From contig OZ024742.1 in assembly GCA_964016885.1 (NCBI GenBank), forward strand, positions 253,270,001 to 253,334,000: a stretch of 64,000 bases of DNA, written 5' to 3'. Position numbers and translations under genes: made by a program. A model generated the notes under the pieces. That model was not told the DNA's origin, did no database searches, and saw only the letters and a list, made by a program, of their open reading frames with translations. Positions within the stretch are counted from its first letter, which is position 1, and every line of letters starts with the position of its first letter. The stretch comes from Eledone cirrhosa (taxonomy: Eukaryota). Below, in pieces: positions 29,300-42,652 of the stretch.

Positions 29300-31283
29300 G
29301 AGGGACCAGCAGTGCAAGTTGAAGGTAGTATAATAAGTAAGGCAATCAAAGATATGAAGACGGGCAAGGCGGCTGGGCCTTCGGAAATAGTTGCTGAAAT
29401 GCTGAAAGCATCTGGAATGGTGGGACACACTATGGTCACCCGGATAGTAAACCAAGTCATACAGAATGGGGGTCATACCAAAGCACTGGCGTAGCAGCAT
29501 CATCATTAACTGCTACAAGGGTAAAGGAGATGCCCTAGATAGGGGAAACTATAGAGGCATTAAATTAATTGACCAGGTCATGAAGGTCACAGAAAAAGTA
29601 ATAGCGCAATTAATCAGAGAGCGAATTGATCTAGATGAAATGCAGTTCGGGTTTGTTTCAGGTGAAAGTACCACAGCCGCTCTTTTCATTGTACAGCAAC
29701 TACAGGAGAAATACCTAGCTAAAAGTAAACCCCTATACTTAGCTTTTGTTGACTTGGAGAAAGCCTTTGACAGAGTCCCACGCCCCATTATCTGGTGGGC
29801 TCTTAGAAAACTAGGTGTTGATGAATGGCTTGTGAGAGCTATACAAGCCATGTATAAAGAAACAGTCAGCAAGGTTAGAATTAACAACGAATATAGTGAA
29901 GAGTTTAGCATAAAAGTTGGTGTTCATCAGGGCTCCGTCCTTAGCCCTGTCCTATTCATTATCGCCCTCCAGGTTATAAGAGAGGAGTTCAAGACCGGCT
30001 GCCCATGGGAACTTCTATACACAGATGATCTAACGCTCATAGCTGAATCAATGGCTGAACTAGAGAAGAAATTCCAAACATAGAAGCATGGCCTAGAATC
30101 AAAAACCTTAAAATTAACTTGTCTAAGACTAAAGTTCTAATATGTAGGAAGGAAAATAGGGCACTGGTCCCATCTGGGAAATGGCCATGCTCAGTGTGTA
30201 GGAAAGGAGTAGGCAGAAACTCCATTTTATGTCCCAAATGCAAAGTATGGGTGCATAAAAGATGTAGTGGGATTACAGGTAAGCTAACTAAGAATATAGA
30301 TTTTATATGTGGCCGGTGCTCTGGTGCAATAAGTAGCAGCAAATGTCCACAGAATACTAGCTCATTCCATTGCCCAGATGGTTCTATAGAAATAGTGGAC
30401 ACCTTCCATTACCTGGGTGACAAAATCAGCAGTGGTGGAGGGTGCTCTGAAAGTAAAGTAGCTAGAGTCAGAACGGAATGGAAAAAGTTCAGAGAGCTTA
30501 TACCACTATTGGCTGCTAAATGTTTCTCTCTAAAAATGAAAGGCAAGCTGTATGATGCCTGCATACAAACAGCAATGTTACATAGCAGTGAGACATGGAC
30601 ATTGTGTGCAGAGGATCTACGCAGACTGGAGAGGAACGAAGCTGGCATGTTCCGTTGGATGTGTAATAGTAATATACGTGAACGGCAAAGCACAAATGAA
30701 CTAAGTGAGAAATTAGGAATAAGAGGGATCAGATGCTCTTTACTCGAGAGAAGACTACGTTGGTATGGTCATGTGATGCGCATGAAAGACGACTTGATAA
30801 ATTCCATTCACACACTTACACCTCTCCAAGACAATGTCACTGGACCAATATCTTTGGCGCTATGCAGTAATACAGAAGACCCGCCTTGCCTAAGTACAAA
30901 GCGAAACCTATAGTCAGTAGGCACCTCATAACCAAAATACACCCCCGTCCCACTACACCTACCCGCACCCCCATCTACACCACCCCTTTCGATGTAAAGT
31001 TATGTTGGTACCACAACATCCAGTCCTAAATAAATAAGGTTGTGTAGGTGTCACGACAAAAAAACACAGTCCACGCTGTAATGTGGCCGTGTAGGTAACA
31101 CGGTAAAAACCTCCCAGTCCACACTGTAAACGTGGTTGGTGTTAGGAAGAGCATCCAGGCGTAGAAAACCCGCCAGACAGTCCTATGCGAGCAAGACAAC
31201 CAATCTTGCCTCAAGTGGGACAATTCCCGTCCAAACCCATGCTAGCGGGGAAGATGGACGTTAAATGATGATGATGATGATGA
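29295..31283 (+). mobile_element. RTE-clade LINE, 5'-truncated, with an internal deletion near 30790
   Basis: RT ORF pieces at 29466-30083 and 30119-30913, and a (GAT)n tail. Confidence 0.93.
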
Positions 31284-31979
31284 CACATATATATATATAT
31301 ATATTTATGTGTGTGTGTATGCGCATGTGTGTGTGTTATGTTTACATGTTTACACATACACATATATATGTATACAAGTTCATTTGTGTGTAGGTGTGAA
31401 TGTGTGTGAATACATATATGTACATATGTGCCTGTGTTTTGCTAAATCTCTGCAATACATTGTTCAAATATGAATTGATGATAGTTGGTGGTTGTGATGA
31501 TGGTGGTGGTGGTAGTGGTGATAGTTTGTGGTGATGGTGGTAGTGCAACTGGTGATGGATGTTATGATGTATTCCTCTGAAGATACAACAATATTTTTCC
31601 TTTGGGCTTGCTTTGGGTCATTGTGTAATTATTTATATTGCCTGGCAGATGTACAATATTTGATAATGCTTTGTTATTCTCAATGTATTGTTTCCCCTTT
31701 TTATTATATTGTAATAACATAAGTATTTGTTAAATAACTTGTATTGAAATATTTGTAAGGTTATTAAATGATATGAGAAATCTATTCTATCACTTTAACC
31801 TTTAGGATGCTGAATTTTTTTATGAATCGCTTCCCTTGACACTGTATTATCTATTAAGGGGAGATTACTCTATTGTCGCAATTTGTCACCAACAGTACAT
31901 TAAAGACTAATTTGTTGTATATGTTCTGTGTTATTATGTGTCATATTCCTTTTCTTAAACAATATCTCTTCTATATCTG

Positions 31980-33080
31980 GTACAGCAGTATCATAGTAAA
32001 CTACTACAAGGGCAAGGGAGATGCATTAGAGAGCAGACACTACTGAGGCATCAAGTTGATGAACCAGATCATGAAAGTTGCAGAAAGAGTTATAGTACAA
32101 TTAATTAGAGACAGAATTAAATGAAATGCCCTCATTCTGGTGTGATAACTACTGAAGAGGTACTTAACAAAGTGTAAGACACTTGATTTGGCATTTGTAG
32201 ATCTAGAGAAGGCCTTGTGTAATCTGGTGGGCACTTAAGAAACTAGATGTAGATGAATGGCTTGTAAAGGCTATGCAACCCATATATAAAAGTGCAGCCA
32301 TCAAAGTGAGAGTTGACAATGAATATAAAGATAAATTTCAAGTGGGGGTCCACAAAGGTGCTCAGTTCTTTTTTTATTGTCTTTCAGGCCTTCACTAAGG
32401 AGTTTAAAGCTGGTACTCCATGGGAACTCCTGCATACCAATGACCTATTCCTTATAACCAAATCTGTAGAAAAGTTAGAGGCAAAATTTAAGCATGGAAG
32501 AAGAATCTAAAGTTGAAAGGCCTAAAAGTAAACTAAGAAAGAGGACAGGAGGCTGATACCACCAGGTGGATGGCTTCATTCTACATGTCAAAAAGGGATG
32601 GGAAAAAATTCCACAAGGTGCACTCACTGTAATACTGTGGATGCAAAAAAGGTGCAGTGGGATTGCAGACAGGTTAATGGAAAATATAGACTTTATGATG
32701 TCTGCGATGCTATATGAAACATGGATCTTGACCAAAGAAGATCTGAGAAGACGAGAAAGAAACAAAGCAAGTATGCTCTGATGGATGTATATTAGTAGTG
32801 TGCATGAATGAAGTAGAATAAGTGAATTGAGAGAAAAACATTGTATAAGAGGAATTCGATTTAATGTGCAAGAGAGGGACTCTGTTGGTATGGGCATATG
32901 ATACATATGGAAGATGACAGCTGTATAAAGAAATGTAGAGAAATCTCAGTGGCCAGGATTTGAAGACTTAGGACAAGGTAGTGAAGACCAACTTTAAAAA
33001 GTTAAACCTCACAAAGAACAGTGAGGGTTGGCACTATGCAATGCTGATGAAGACCTGCCCACCAGCATAAAATGTGACCT
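31980..33080 (+). mobile_element. Old, heavily degenerate RTE-clade LINE
   Basis: Remnants of YKGKGDAL, AFVDLEKA and TPWELL. Confidence 0.75.
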
Positions 33081-33728
33081 GACCCATCACTGCACACTGC
33101 CACTCCAATATCATATCTTAGCTATAGCTCTTCCTCACCCACTAATGTCTTTAGATACACTCTCTACGGCACGCTCTCCACATCATCCCACTCAATCCCA
33201 TCCCACCCAATACCCCTCCCCTCTTCACTGCTACTAATTAACTGTCTCTCCCTCTAAAGTTCTTAAATACCCTCTCTATTGCACCCTAATTACTATTCCT
33301 CCACCTCTGTCCCCTCCACTCCAACAATACCCCCTCCACTACCACTTCTTTGCTATTCATTCTACCATTATTCTGTCCCACTTCTGTGCTAGTGATCACC
33401 CATTATCCCACTTAGGTATTCTCACTACCACTACACCCCCTTCATTATCAGTGATTACCTTTTCCAACACCTACTCACGTCCCTGTCAAATCACACCTCA
33501 CCATGCATCCACATAATTCAGGCTTATCTCTCTTTTCCTCTCCTTCCCCCACCCTTGCAGAGCTGTATACAGCTATGCATGAAGCTAAATCCTAATTCTA
33601 TTCTATTATAATTTGAGCCAACTCATGCAGCTTCCTATGCAAATGAGATTAATCACCTCATTTACACAGATGAGAAAACCATATATTCTTGCCTGTTTTC
33701 AAGTCCACCAGTCGCAAAAGTGGGAGGT

Positions 33729-33772
33729 ATCGTCCTGATGAGGACCAGTTAAGTTCAAAATGCATCGACGAT
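33729..33772 (+). ncRNA. Decayed type I HHR motif
   Basis: atcgtc CTGATGA ggac cagttaa gttc AAAA tgca TC gacgat; GAAA has changed to AAAA. Confidence 0.6.
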
Positions 33773-33907
33773 TATCCCCCTTGCTTCTGTTGGACACCAC
33801 TATAGGGCGATAGCCCCAGTGTTTTGCATAGCTATGGTTTTCTAAACGTTTATCCATAAACATACCATGTTTCTTTAGAAATACGAAATTTCAATATATA
33901 TATATAT

Positions 33908-34291
33908 ATAGTGAAATGAAATAACAAGAACGATTGGTTACTCCTTCATTACATTTATTGGTTGGTGACGCACATTTTGCTGCTGATCAACTCAAGGTTC
34001 GGTCTGTATCGATCTAACCCGACTTCATTTTTCCATTACCATTACAAGGGGTCTGATGAGCCGCGGATTACAGAGTCGGGTTAGATCGATACAGATCAAA
34101 CCTTGAGCTGATCAGTGGTGAAACACACGTCACCAACCAAGAAATGTAATGAAGGAGTAATCAATCATCCTTGTTATTTTATTTCACTATAATACGCTCT
34201 GTCTAGCTCTACACCTCGACACTGAAGTGAACCTAAACATCGAGCGCTCACCCGGGTGAACCTACAGTAACCTCAAGCTACACTCCCTGGA
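33908..34291 (+). mobile_element. Fold-back mini-element in (TA)n with an HHR at 34050-34134
   Basis: 33908-34024 pairs with 34074-34191. Motif ggt CTGATGA gccgc..(insert)..gtggt GAAA c acac g TC acc. Confidence 0.8.
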
Positions 34292-34339
34292 TATATATAT
34301 ATATATATATAGCTCTGGCTGTCACTTATTCATTCATGG

Positions 34340-34630
34340 AATAGTGGTATAGTGGTATAGTGGTTTAGTGGTGTAGTGGTATAATTGTATAGTAGTATAC
34401 TAATGTAGTGATATCGTGGTATAGTGGATTAGTGGTACAGGGGTATTGCGATATAGCGGTATACTAGCATACTGGTGGTATACTGGAATACTGTTATATT
34501 GGTATAGTGGTATACTGGTTTAGTGGTATAGTGGTATAATGGTATAATGGTATACTGATATACAGATATATATTTAGCGGTATACTGGTGTAATGATAAA
34601 GTCATATAGTGGTTCAATGATATAGTGTGA
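34340..34630. repeat. Degenerate (GTGGTATA)n tandem repeat
   Basis: Seen directly in the sequence. Confidence 0.8.
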
Positions 34631-34914
34631 TACTGGAACAGAAATATTTACAAGTTTCTGTAGCTGTTAATGGCTTTTTGAAGATGTGAACTAAAAGCCA
34701 GTTAGCTACTGCCATTGTCTTTCTGTAATTAATGCAGAGTAAACCAGCTCTCATCAAGAGAATAGCAAATATGACCAACATGCATACACATGAAAAGAGA
34801 GGTGTAGGAGAAGGGGGAGTGGTCACTAATAAGAATTAATCTAATATTAAGGGGTTAATTAAACCCAAACATGTAAATATTGGCAAGTTCAATTTAATTT
34901 GTAAATGGTAAAAA

Positions 34915-34941
34915 AATAACAACAACAACAACAACAATGAC

Positions 34942-34985
<44 letters not shown>

Positions 34986-35755
34986 TGATGATGATGATAA
35001 TGATAGTGATGGTGATGGTGATGGTGATGATGGTGATGATGATAATGATGTGGTTGATGATGGTGGCGAGTATGATGATGGTGGTGATGATGGTGGTGGT
35101 GATAATAATGTTGTTGATGATGGTGGAGGTGATAATGATAATGTTTTTGATGATGATGATGATAATGATGATGGTGAGGATGATGATGATGATTGGTGTG
35201 AAAATTACAATTAATCACGTTTCAGATATTTATTCTATTGACTCTGTATTGTATCTTCTGCAGCTACTATGTGTGTGTTAGTGTGTGTAAGTGTGTGAAC
35301 ATGTGTGTATGTGTGTGTAAGAGTGTGGACATGTGTGCAAGTGGGTTTGTATTTTGCATGTGTGATTGTGTGTGTGAGAGTGAGCATGAGAGCATTTGAA
35401 TATGTGTGTGAGTATGTGGGAGTGTGTGCATGTGTGCGTCTGAGTATCTATGTCAGTGTGTGTGAGTGTCTGTGCATGTGCATGAGTTGGTGTGTGTTTG
35501 TGAGGGGGGGGGTGAATGATTGTGCCTATATTTGTGAACCAATGTGTGTGTGTGTGTATATGTGTGTGTGTACAAGTATGTGTGTGTATATGAATGCTTA
35601 TATATGTGTGTTGGGACTGGCCACATGTATGTGTAAAGCCATATTTGTGTGTGAATCTATGCATGTGTGTGAGCACCCATATACATGTGAATGCTATTGT
35701 GAGTGTGAATGCTCAAGTATGTGTGTGTATGCCTGTGTATGTGAATGCATGTGAA
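34915..35755. repeat. (AAT)/(GAT)/(GT)-rich low-complexity tract
   Basis: Seen directly in the sequence. Confidence 0.85.
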
Positions 35756-35788
35756 GAGATGTATAAACCTATAGACAGCTCCTACATC

Positions 35789-36030
35789 TTTAGCCCTTTT
35801 GATACCAAACCACTCTGAAACCATTCATGTTTCTATGATACAAAACTGTTTATTATTAAATGTTTAGATTTATATAAACAACATCCACCATGATTTCATT
35901 TAGGAACCTTTGTTAAATTATGTTCCAACAGCAGATAAATAGTTATATTACTTATATCTCTCCAAATACTTGATTATTTGAAAATCTTAAACAGTGTCTT
36001 TCTATAGAAATATGATAACAAATGTGTTAA
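35789..36030. mobile_element. Possible piggyBac-like MITE; related ends at 10270-10293 and 27119-27140
   Basis: Degenerate TTAA-CCCTTT-type termini. ttaaccctttc..accatatttc occurs at 10270 and, inverted, at 27140. Confidence 0.4.
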
Positions 36031-36281
36031 CACATGGAAATGGCCTTCTAATGAAAGATATAATTCACATTGTAGCAAACAGTGATACAAATTTATGACC
36101 TATAGAATTGGCAAATTTGATAGACTCTCAGCTTAAATACTTTTAGTATTTGTTTTGGTTTTGGGTCTTCGAACACTGAGTTCAAATCTCACTGAGGTCA
36201 ACATTATACTTTATTCTTCAGAAGTTGATAAAGTACCAATAAGTATTGGTGTTGATTCTTTATATATGTATATATATATAT

Positions 36282-39050
36282 ATAACACTAAATCCCTCCC
36301 CCATGAAGAATGCACCTCCCAACATAGACTGATAATTAGCGACCTCATAGTCAGGACGAGACGTACTCGACAGCAGAAGAGGACTATCCTCAGGAGAAAA
36401 ATATGGAAGCTAAAGGACCCCACAGCCAGGAATAAATTTCAAAGCATATTACTTGATGCTTTCGACAGTAAGGAAGAACATTTAGAGTCGGACAATATAG
36501 AGGGAGAGTGGGAATTTCTGAAAGCAAACCTGCTGTTGGCGACAGACGAAGTCTGTGGCTGGAGCAGGCCTGTAGGCAGGAGGAGAGTAACATGGTGGTG
36601 GAACAGTAAGGTGGAGGGGTCAATTAAGGCCAAAAAGCAGGCTTGGAAAGTATGGCGGGATGGGGGAAGTAGATAAGACTATCAAGTGGCCAGGAGGGAA
36701 GCTAGGAGACAAGTGTACTTAGCAAGAAGGGAAGCTGAGGAAAGAAAGTTCAAGCATGTTCTACAACGCGATGACCAAAAACGTGAGGTGTTCAGGATTG
36801 CTAGGCAATGCGTCAAGGAAAACCGTGATATTGTCGGGGAGAAGTGTGTACTAAACGACGATGGCACACTTGCCATCACCGACGCTGATAAGAAGGTAGC
36901 TTGGAAGTGTCACTATGAAAGGCTACTAAATGAGGAGAATAAATGGGAGAAAGACAGTCTCCCCCATATCGACCCAATAGAGGGACCAGCAGTGTTAGTC
37001 GAGGGGAGTATAATAAGTAAGGCAATCAAGGATATGAAGACGGGTAAGGCGGCTGGGCCTTCGGAAATAGTTGCTGAGATGCTGAAGGCATCTGGCACGG
37101 TGGGGCACACCATGGTCACCCGCATAGTTAACCAAGTCGTACAGAATGGGGTTGTTCCGAAGGACTGGCATAGCAGCATCATCGTTAACTGTTATAAGGG
37201 TAAAGGAGACGCCCTAGATAGGAGTAACTATAGAGGCATTAAATTAATCGACCAGGTCATGAAGGTCACGGAAAAAGTAATAGCGCAACTAATCAGAGAG
37301 AGAATTGACCTAGATGAAATGCAGTTCGGGTTTGTGTCAGGCAAAAGTACCACAGATGCTCTTTTCATAGTACGACAACTACAGGAGAAGTACCTAGCTA
37401 AAGGTAAACCCCTCTACTTAGCTTTTGTCGACTTGGAGAAAGCCTTCGACAGAGTCCCCCGCTCCATTATCTGGTGGGCTCTTAGAAAACTAGGCGTTGA
37501 CGAATGGCTTGTGAGGGCTATACAAGCCATGTATAAAGAAACAGTCAGCAAGGTTAGAATTAACAACGAATATAGTGAAGAGTTTAGCGTAAAATTTGGC
37601 GTCCATCAGGGCTCTGTTCTCAGCCCCCTACTATTTATTATTGCCCTTCAGGCTATAACAGAGGAGTTCAAGACAGGCTGCCCATGGGAACTCCTATACG
37701 CAGACGACCTGACACTCATAGCGGAATCAATGGCCGAGCTAGAGAAGAAATTCCAAACATGGAAGCACGGCCTAGAGTCAAAAGGACTTAAAATTAACCT
37801 GGCTAAGACCAAAGTACTAGTTTGTAGGAAAGAAAACAAGGCGGCGGTCCCTTCTGGGAAATGGTCGTGCTCAGTGTGTAGGAAAGGCGTAGGTAGAAAC
37901 TCCATTTTATGTCCTAAATGCAAAGTATGGGTGCATAAAAGATGTAGTGGGATCACAGGTAAGCTAACTAAGAACATAGATTTTACATGTGGCCGGTGTT
38001 CTGGTGCAATAAGTAGCAGCAAGTGCCCACAAAATACTAGCTCTTTCAATTGCGCAGAGGGTTCTATAGAAATAGTGGACAGCTTCCGTTACCTGGGCGA
38101 TAAAATCAGCAGTGGGGGAGGGTGCTCTGAAAGTACTGTAGCTAGAGTCAGAACTGGTTGGAAAAAGTTCAGAGAGCTTATACCACTATTAGCTGCTAAA
38201 GGGTTCTCCCTAAAAATGAAAGGCAGGTTGTACGATGCCTGCATACGAACAGCAATGCTGCATGGCAGTGAGACCTGGGCATTGTGTGCAGAGGATATAC
38301 GCAGACTAGAGGGGAACGAAGCTTGCATGCTCCGCTGGATGTGTAACAGTAATATACGTGAACGGCAAAGCATAAACGAACTAAGGAAAAAATTAGAGAT
38401 AAGAGGGATCAGATGTTGTTTACTCGAGAGAAGGCTACGTTGGTATGGACACGTGATGCGCATGAAAGTCGATAGCTGTATAACAAAGTGCAGGGCAATA
38501 AAGATAGACGGTAGTCACGGAATAGGCAGACCTAGAAAAACCTGGGACGAGCTGATAAACTCCGACATCACACACTTACACCTCTCCAAGACAATGTCAC
38601 TGGACCGAGACCTTTGGCGGTACTCAGTAACAGAGAAGACCCGCCTTACCTAAATATATAGTAAAACCTACTCCAGCCAGTAGGCATCTCTAACAAAATA
38701 CACCCCGTCCCACCCCCACCACCCCCACCCCATCCACACCACCCCGTTCTATGTAAAGTTATGTTGGTGCCGCGCCATCGAGGCCGAAACAAATGAGATC
38801 GTGTAGGTGTCACGACAAAAAAACACAGTCCACGCTGTAATGTGGCCGTGTAGGCAACACGGTAAAAACCTCCCAGACCCACACTGTAAATGTGGTTGGT
38901 GTTAGGAAGGGCATCCAACTGTAGAAAACCTGCCAGACAGTCCTATGCGAGCAAGAAAATCACTCTTGCCTCAAGTGGGACTACCCCCGTCCAAACCCAT
39001 GCAAGCGTGGAACACGGACGTTAAACGTTGATGATGATGATGATGATGAT
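36282..39050 (+). mobile_element. Young RTE-clade LINE, 5'-truncated
   Basis: Long RT reading frame with one upstream in-frame stop (~36674), a 3' UTR and a (GAT)n tail. Confidence 0.96.
36686..38653 (+). CDS. RTE LINE reverse transcriptase with PHD-like finger (partial ORF)
   Basis: 655-aa frame with QFGF, FVDLEKAFD, GVHQGSVLSP and YADD, then a C4HC3 finger, FRYLG and RLRWYGHV. Confidence 0.9.
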   Translation: MARREARRQVYLARREAEERKFKHVLQRDDQKREVFRIARQCVKENRDIVGEKCVLNDDGTLAITDADKKVAWKCHYERLLNEENKWEKDSLPHIDPIEGPAVLVEGSIISKAIKDMKTGKAAGPSEIVAEMLKASGTVGHTMVTRIVNQVVQNGVVPKDWHSSIIVNCYKGKGDALDRSNYRGIKLIDQVMKVTEKVIAQLIRERIDLDEMQFGFVSGKSTTDALFIVRQLQEKYLAKGKPLYLAFVDLEKAFDRVPRSIIWWALRKLGVDEWLVRAIQAMYKETVSKVRINNEYSEEFSVKFGVHQGSVLSPLLFIIALQAITEEFKTGCPWELLYADDLTLIAESMAELEKKFQTWKHGLESKGLKINLAKTKVLVCRKENKAAVPSGKWSCSVCRKGVGRNSILCPKCKVWVHKRCSGITGKLTKNIDFTCGRCSGAISSSKCPQNTSSFNCAEGSIEIVDSFRYLGDKISSGGGCSESTVARVRTGWKKFRELIPLLAAKGFSLKMKGRLYDACIRTAMLHGSETWALCAEDIRRLEGNEACMLRWMCNSNIRERQSINELRKKLEIRGIRCCLLERRLRWYGHVMRMKVDSCITKCRAIKIDGSHGIGRPRKTWDELINSDITHLHLSKTMSLDRDLWRYSVTEKTRLT

Positions 39051-39061
39051 ATATATATATC

Positions 39062-39350
39062 ATCATCATCATCATCATCATTTCATTTTACGTCCGCTTT
39101 TCCCTGCTTGCAAGGGTGGGATGGGAACTGATTCTGGCTTGATTTCTACAGCTGGATGCCCTTCCTACCTTCCTAACACCAACCTTATTTACAGTGAGTG
39201 CTGGGTGCTTTTTAGCCGTGGCACCTCCACGACCACTTTACGGTGGAATGATAGGGATCCCAGTCCCTATCATCTCATTTTTACAGCTGAGTAAACTGGA
39301 GCAACGTGAAATAAAGTGTCTTGCTCAAGGAAACAACACATCACCCGGTG
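39062..39350 (-). mobile_element. SINE family B, partial
   Basis: Homologous to 54820-55130. Confidence 0.8.
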
Positions 39351-39613
39351 AATATATATATATATATATTCACTCTGCTTATATCCTCTGCATATTAATT
39401 CTTCTTAAGTACTAACTCCACTTTAATATTGTAACTTAAAGCATTGAGCACGCTTTGCTTTTGGTCAAGGCATCTAACATGATATATCCTAATATCTTCC
39501 CCTATGAATTTATGATATAATACTTTTATTTTATTATATATATATATAAAGCAGACGTAAAATAATGATGATGATGATGATGATGATGATATATATGCAT
39601 GTGTATATATATA

Positions 39614-41318
39614 TCATCATCATCATCATCATTTTACGTCCACTTTTCCCTGCTTGCAAGGGTGGGACGGGTCTTATTCAGCACAGCATCTCTCCACTTG
39701 TCACAGTCCTTCGTCATCTCCACCGTGAGCTTCAGCGATCTGAGGTCTGTTCTCACCACCTCCGCCCATGTTTTTCGTGGTCTACCTCTACCACGCCTTC
39801 CTTCAAATGGCATTTCCTGGCACTTCTTCACCCATCGGTCATCCTCCATGCGCATCACATGTCCATACCACCGCAGTCTCCTCTCTCGCACACTACATTC
39901 TATACCTCTCAGACACAGTTTCTCTCTCAACACATCCATGCTGGGTTGTTCACGCACATTGACATTGCACATCCAATGAAGCATGCTTGCCTCATTTCCC
40001 TCCAGCCGTTGCATATCCTCTGCAGTTGCTGCCCAAGTCTCACTACCATGCAGCATCGCACTCCTCACACAGGCATCATATAACCGGCCTTTTGTACACG
40101 GGGAGAAACCCTTCTTTGTCAGCTGAGGAAGCAGCTCCCTAAACTTTTTCCAACCCATTCTTATTCTAGATACTATGGCCTCGGAACACCCCTCCCATGC
40201 TAATCTGATCTCCTAGGTACCGGAAGCTATCCATCAATTCTATAGCACCCGCCTACATTTGAAAAATGTGTCTATCAATGCAACTTCTACTGTCTAATTT
40301 CCCTGTACTGCATACGTATTTCTCCCTACCTGTTAGTTTGCCTGCTATCCCGCTACATCTCTTGTGTACCCAGGATCTGCATTGTGTGCATTTTATATAA
40401 TTTATGCCAGTTCCTTTTCTGCATATCGAACATGGCCATTTCCCTGACGGAATGAGAGTTTTGTCCTCTTTTCTACTCATCAACACTTTTGTCTTAGCTA
40501 GGTTCACTCTCAGTCCTCTTGCTTCCAACTGCTGTTTCCATAGCCAGAATTTATTCTCTAGCTCCTCTACTGATTCTGCTATAAGAACCAGATTGTCAGC
40601 ATAGAGAAGTTCCCATGGACAGCCAGTCTTAAACTCCTCTGTTATGGCTTGGAGGACTATAATGAACAAGAGTAGGCTGAGGACCGAACCTTGATGTACT
40701 CCTACTTGTAACTGGAATTCCTCACTAAACTCCATACCTTCAGCATCTCACCAATTATCCCTGATGGTCCAGCAGCCTTACCATTTTTCATTTCCTTAAT
40801 CGCCTCTTGGACCCTATTTTTGTCAATCTCAATGGCTGCTCCCTCTGTCGGATCTACTGAGGGTAATTTCTCTCTCTCCCATTCATTCTCCACATTCATC
40901 AGTCTCTCATAATGACATTTCCAGGCCTCCTTTTTCTAATCATTCGTGACACTAAGTACACCGGCATCATTCCGGACACATTTATCTCCCAAAACATCCT
41001 GATTTGCATTGACACATTGCCTTGCAATGAGGAACACATGCCTCTGATCTTCCGATCGCAGAACATTAGCAAACCTCCTACTCTCAGCCTTCCTGCGTGC
41101 TAAGTACACCTGATGTCTAGCTTCTCTCTTAGCGGCTGTATATCCTTCTCTACTCCCACCCTTTTCCCAAGCCTTCCATGCTAGTCTTTTGTCTCTAATG
41201 GCCCTATCTTCTGTGCTGTTCCACCACCAGGTCACTCTCTGTCTAGTTGGAGCTCTGCTCCAGCCACAAGTTTCATCAGTAGCCTGCAGTAAGTTGTCAC
41301 GTAAGAAATTCCAGTTAT
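39614..41318 (-). mobile_element. Second RTE subfamily, 5'-truncated, with an internal deletion near 40735
   Basis: RTE-like peptides (RVTWWWNS, GVHQGSVLS, RLRWYGHVMR). The segment between EMLK and FSEEF is missing. Confidence 0.9.
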
Positions 41319-41319
41319 T

Positions 41320-41505
41320 ATGATGTGCTGTTTCCTTGAGCAAGACACTTCATTTCACATTGCTCCAGTTTACTCAGCTGTAGAAATGAGATGATAGGGA
41401 CCCCAGTCCCTATCATTCCACTGCAAAGTGGTCGTGGAGGTGCCACGGCAAAAAGGCACTCAGCACTCACTGTAAATGAGGTTGGTGTTAGGAAGGGCAT
41501 CCAGT
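41320..41505 (+). mobile_element. SINE family B fragment
   Basis: tccttgagcaagacactt...gttaggaagggcatccag. Confidence 0.8.
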
Positions 41506-41508
41506 TGA

Positions 41509-41539
<31 letters not shown>

Positions 41540-42148
41540 GCTGCAGTTGTTGTTGTTCATTTCACTGCTGCTGCAGACGATGGTGTTGTTGCTGTTGTTG
41601 TAGTCTCTGGGTTGAAATTATGAAATTTGGTCGCTTCGCATGTGTGATATATATACACATACACATATATATATATATATACACATATTCATTAGTTAAG
41701 CAAAACAAGACCAGAAATTTCACAAGGAAGACATTATTTAAAGGTTGTCAACATAGTTGTAGTATGTAAGGAATGTAAGGAATAATAATAACAATAATGT
41801 TCGTTTACAATTGTTTTGCTACTCCATATAACCTCTGCATGAACCCAGCCATCTAGCTGCCCTCCACTGCATATTGCACATTGAGCACATGCCTTTACAC
41901 TTTTGGCTTCTAACTAATTAATCCAATCTCTTTTCTCCTCTCCTATCTCCATCTCTCTCTTTAAGATTGGTTTACTCTTGAATTGTGTATATATACACAC
42001 ATATATATATATACATACACTCACACACATTCAACACAGACACTGGTCTTGTTGCTGTTGTTGTTGTTGCAGTTGCTGTTGTTGTAGTTGCTGTTGTTGT
42101 TGTAGTTGTTGTTGCTGTGTTGAAATCTGGTTGCATCAACTGAGATAT

Positions 42149-42253
<105 letters not shown>

Positions 42254-42652
42254 TATATACATATATATGTACATTCAACACAGAGAAATATATATATATA
42301 TATGTATGTATATATGTATATATATAACCATATATAAGTATTGCAAGCATGGAAAATGGACGTTAAATGATGATGATAATGATATATATATATCATCATC
42401 ATCATCATCATCAACATTTTATGTCTGTTGTTCCACATTTGCATGGATTGGAAAGGTACTTCTCAGTACAGCATCTCTCCACTTGTCACGTTCTTTTGTC
42501 ATCTTCATGAGCTTTAGCAATCTAAGATCACCTCTGACCATTTCCATCATTGTAAGCATATATAGCAAAATGTGTGTGTGGATATGAAAAAGGAAGAGAG
42601 TAAACAGTGCTCGATCTAGTGTGAGAGCTAACATATTATTGATTTTTATGTT

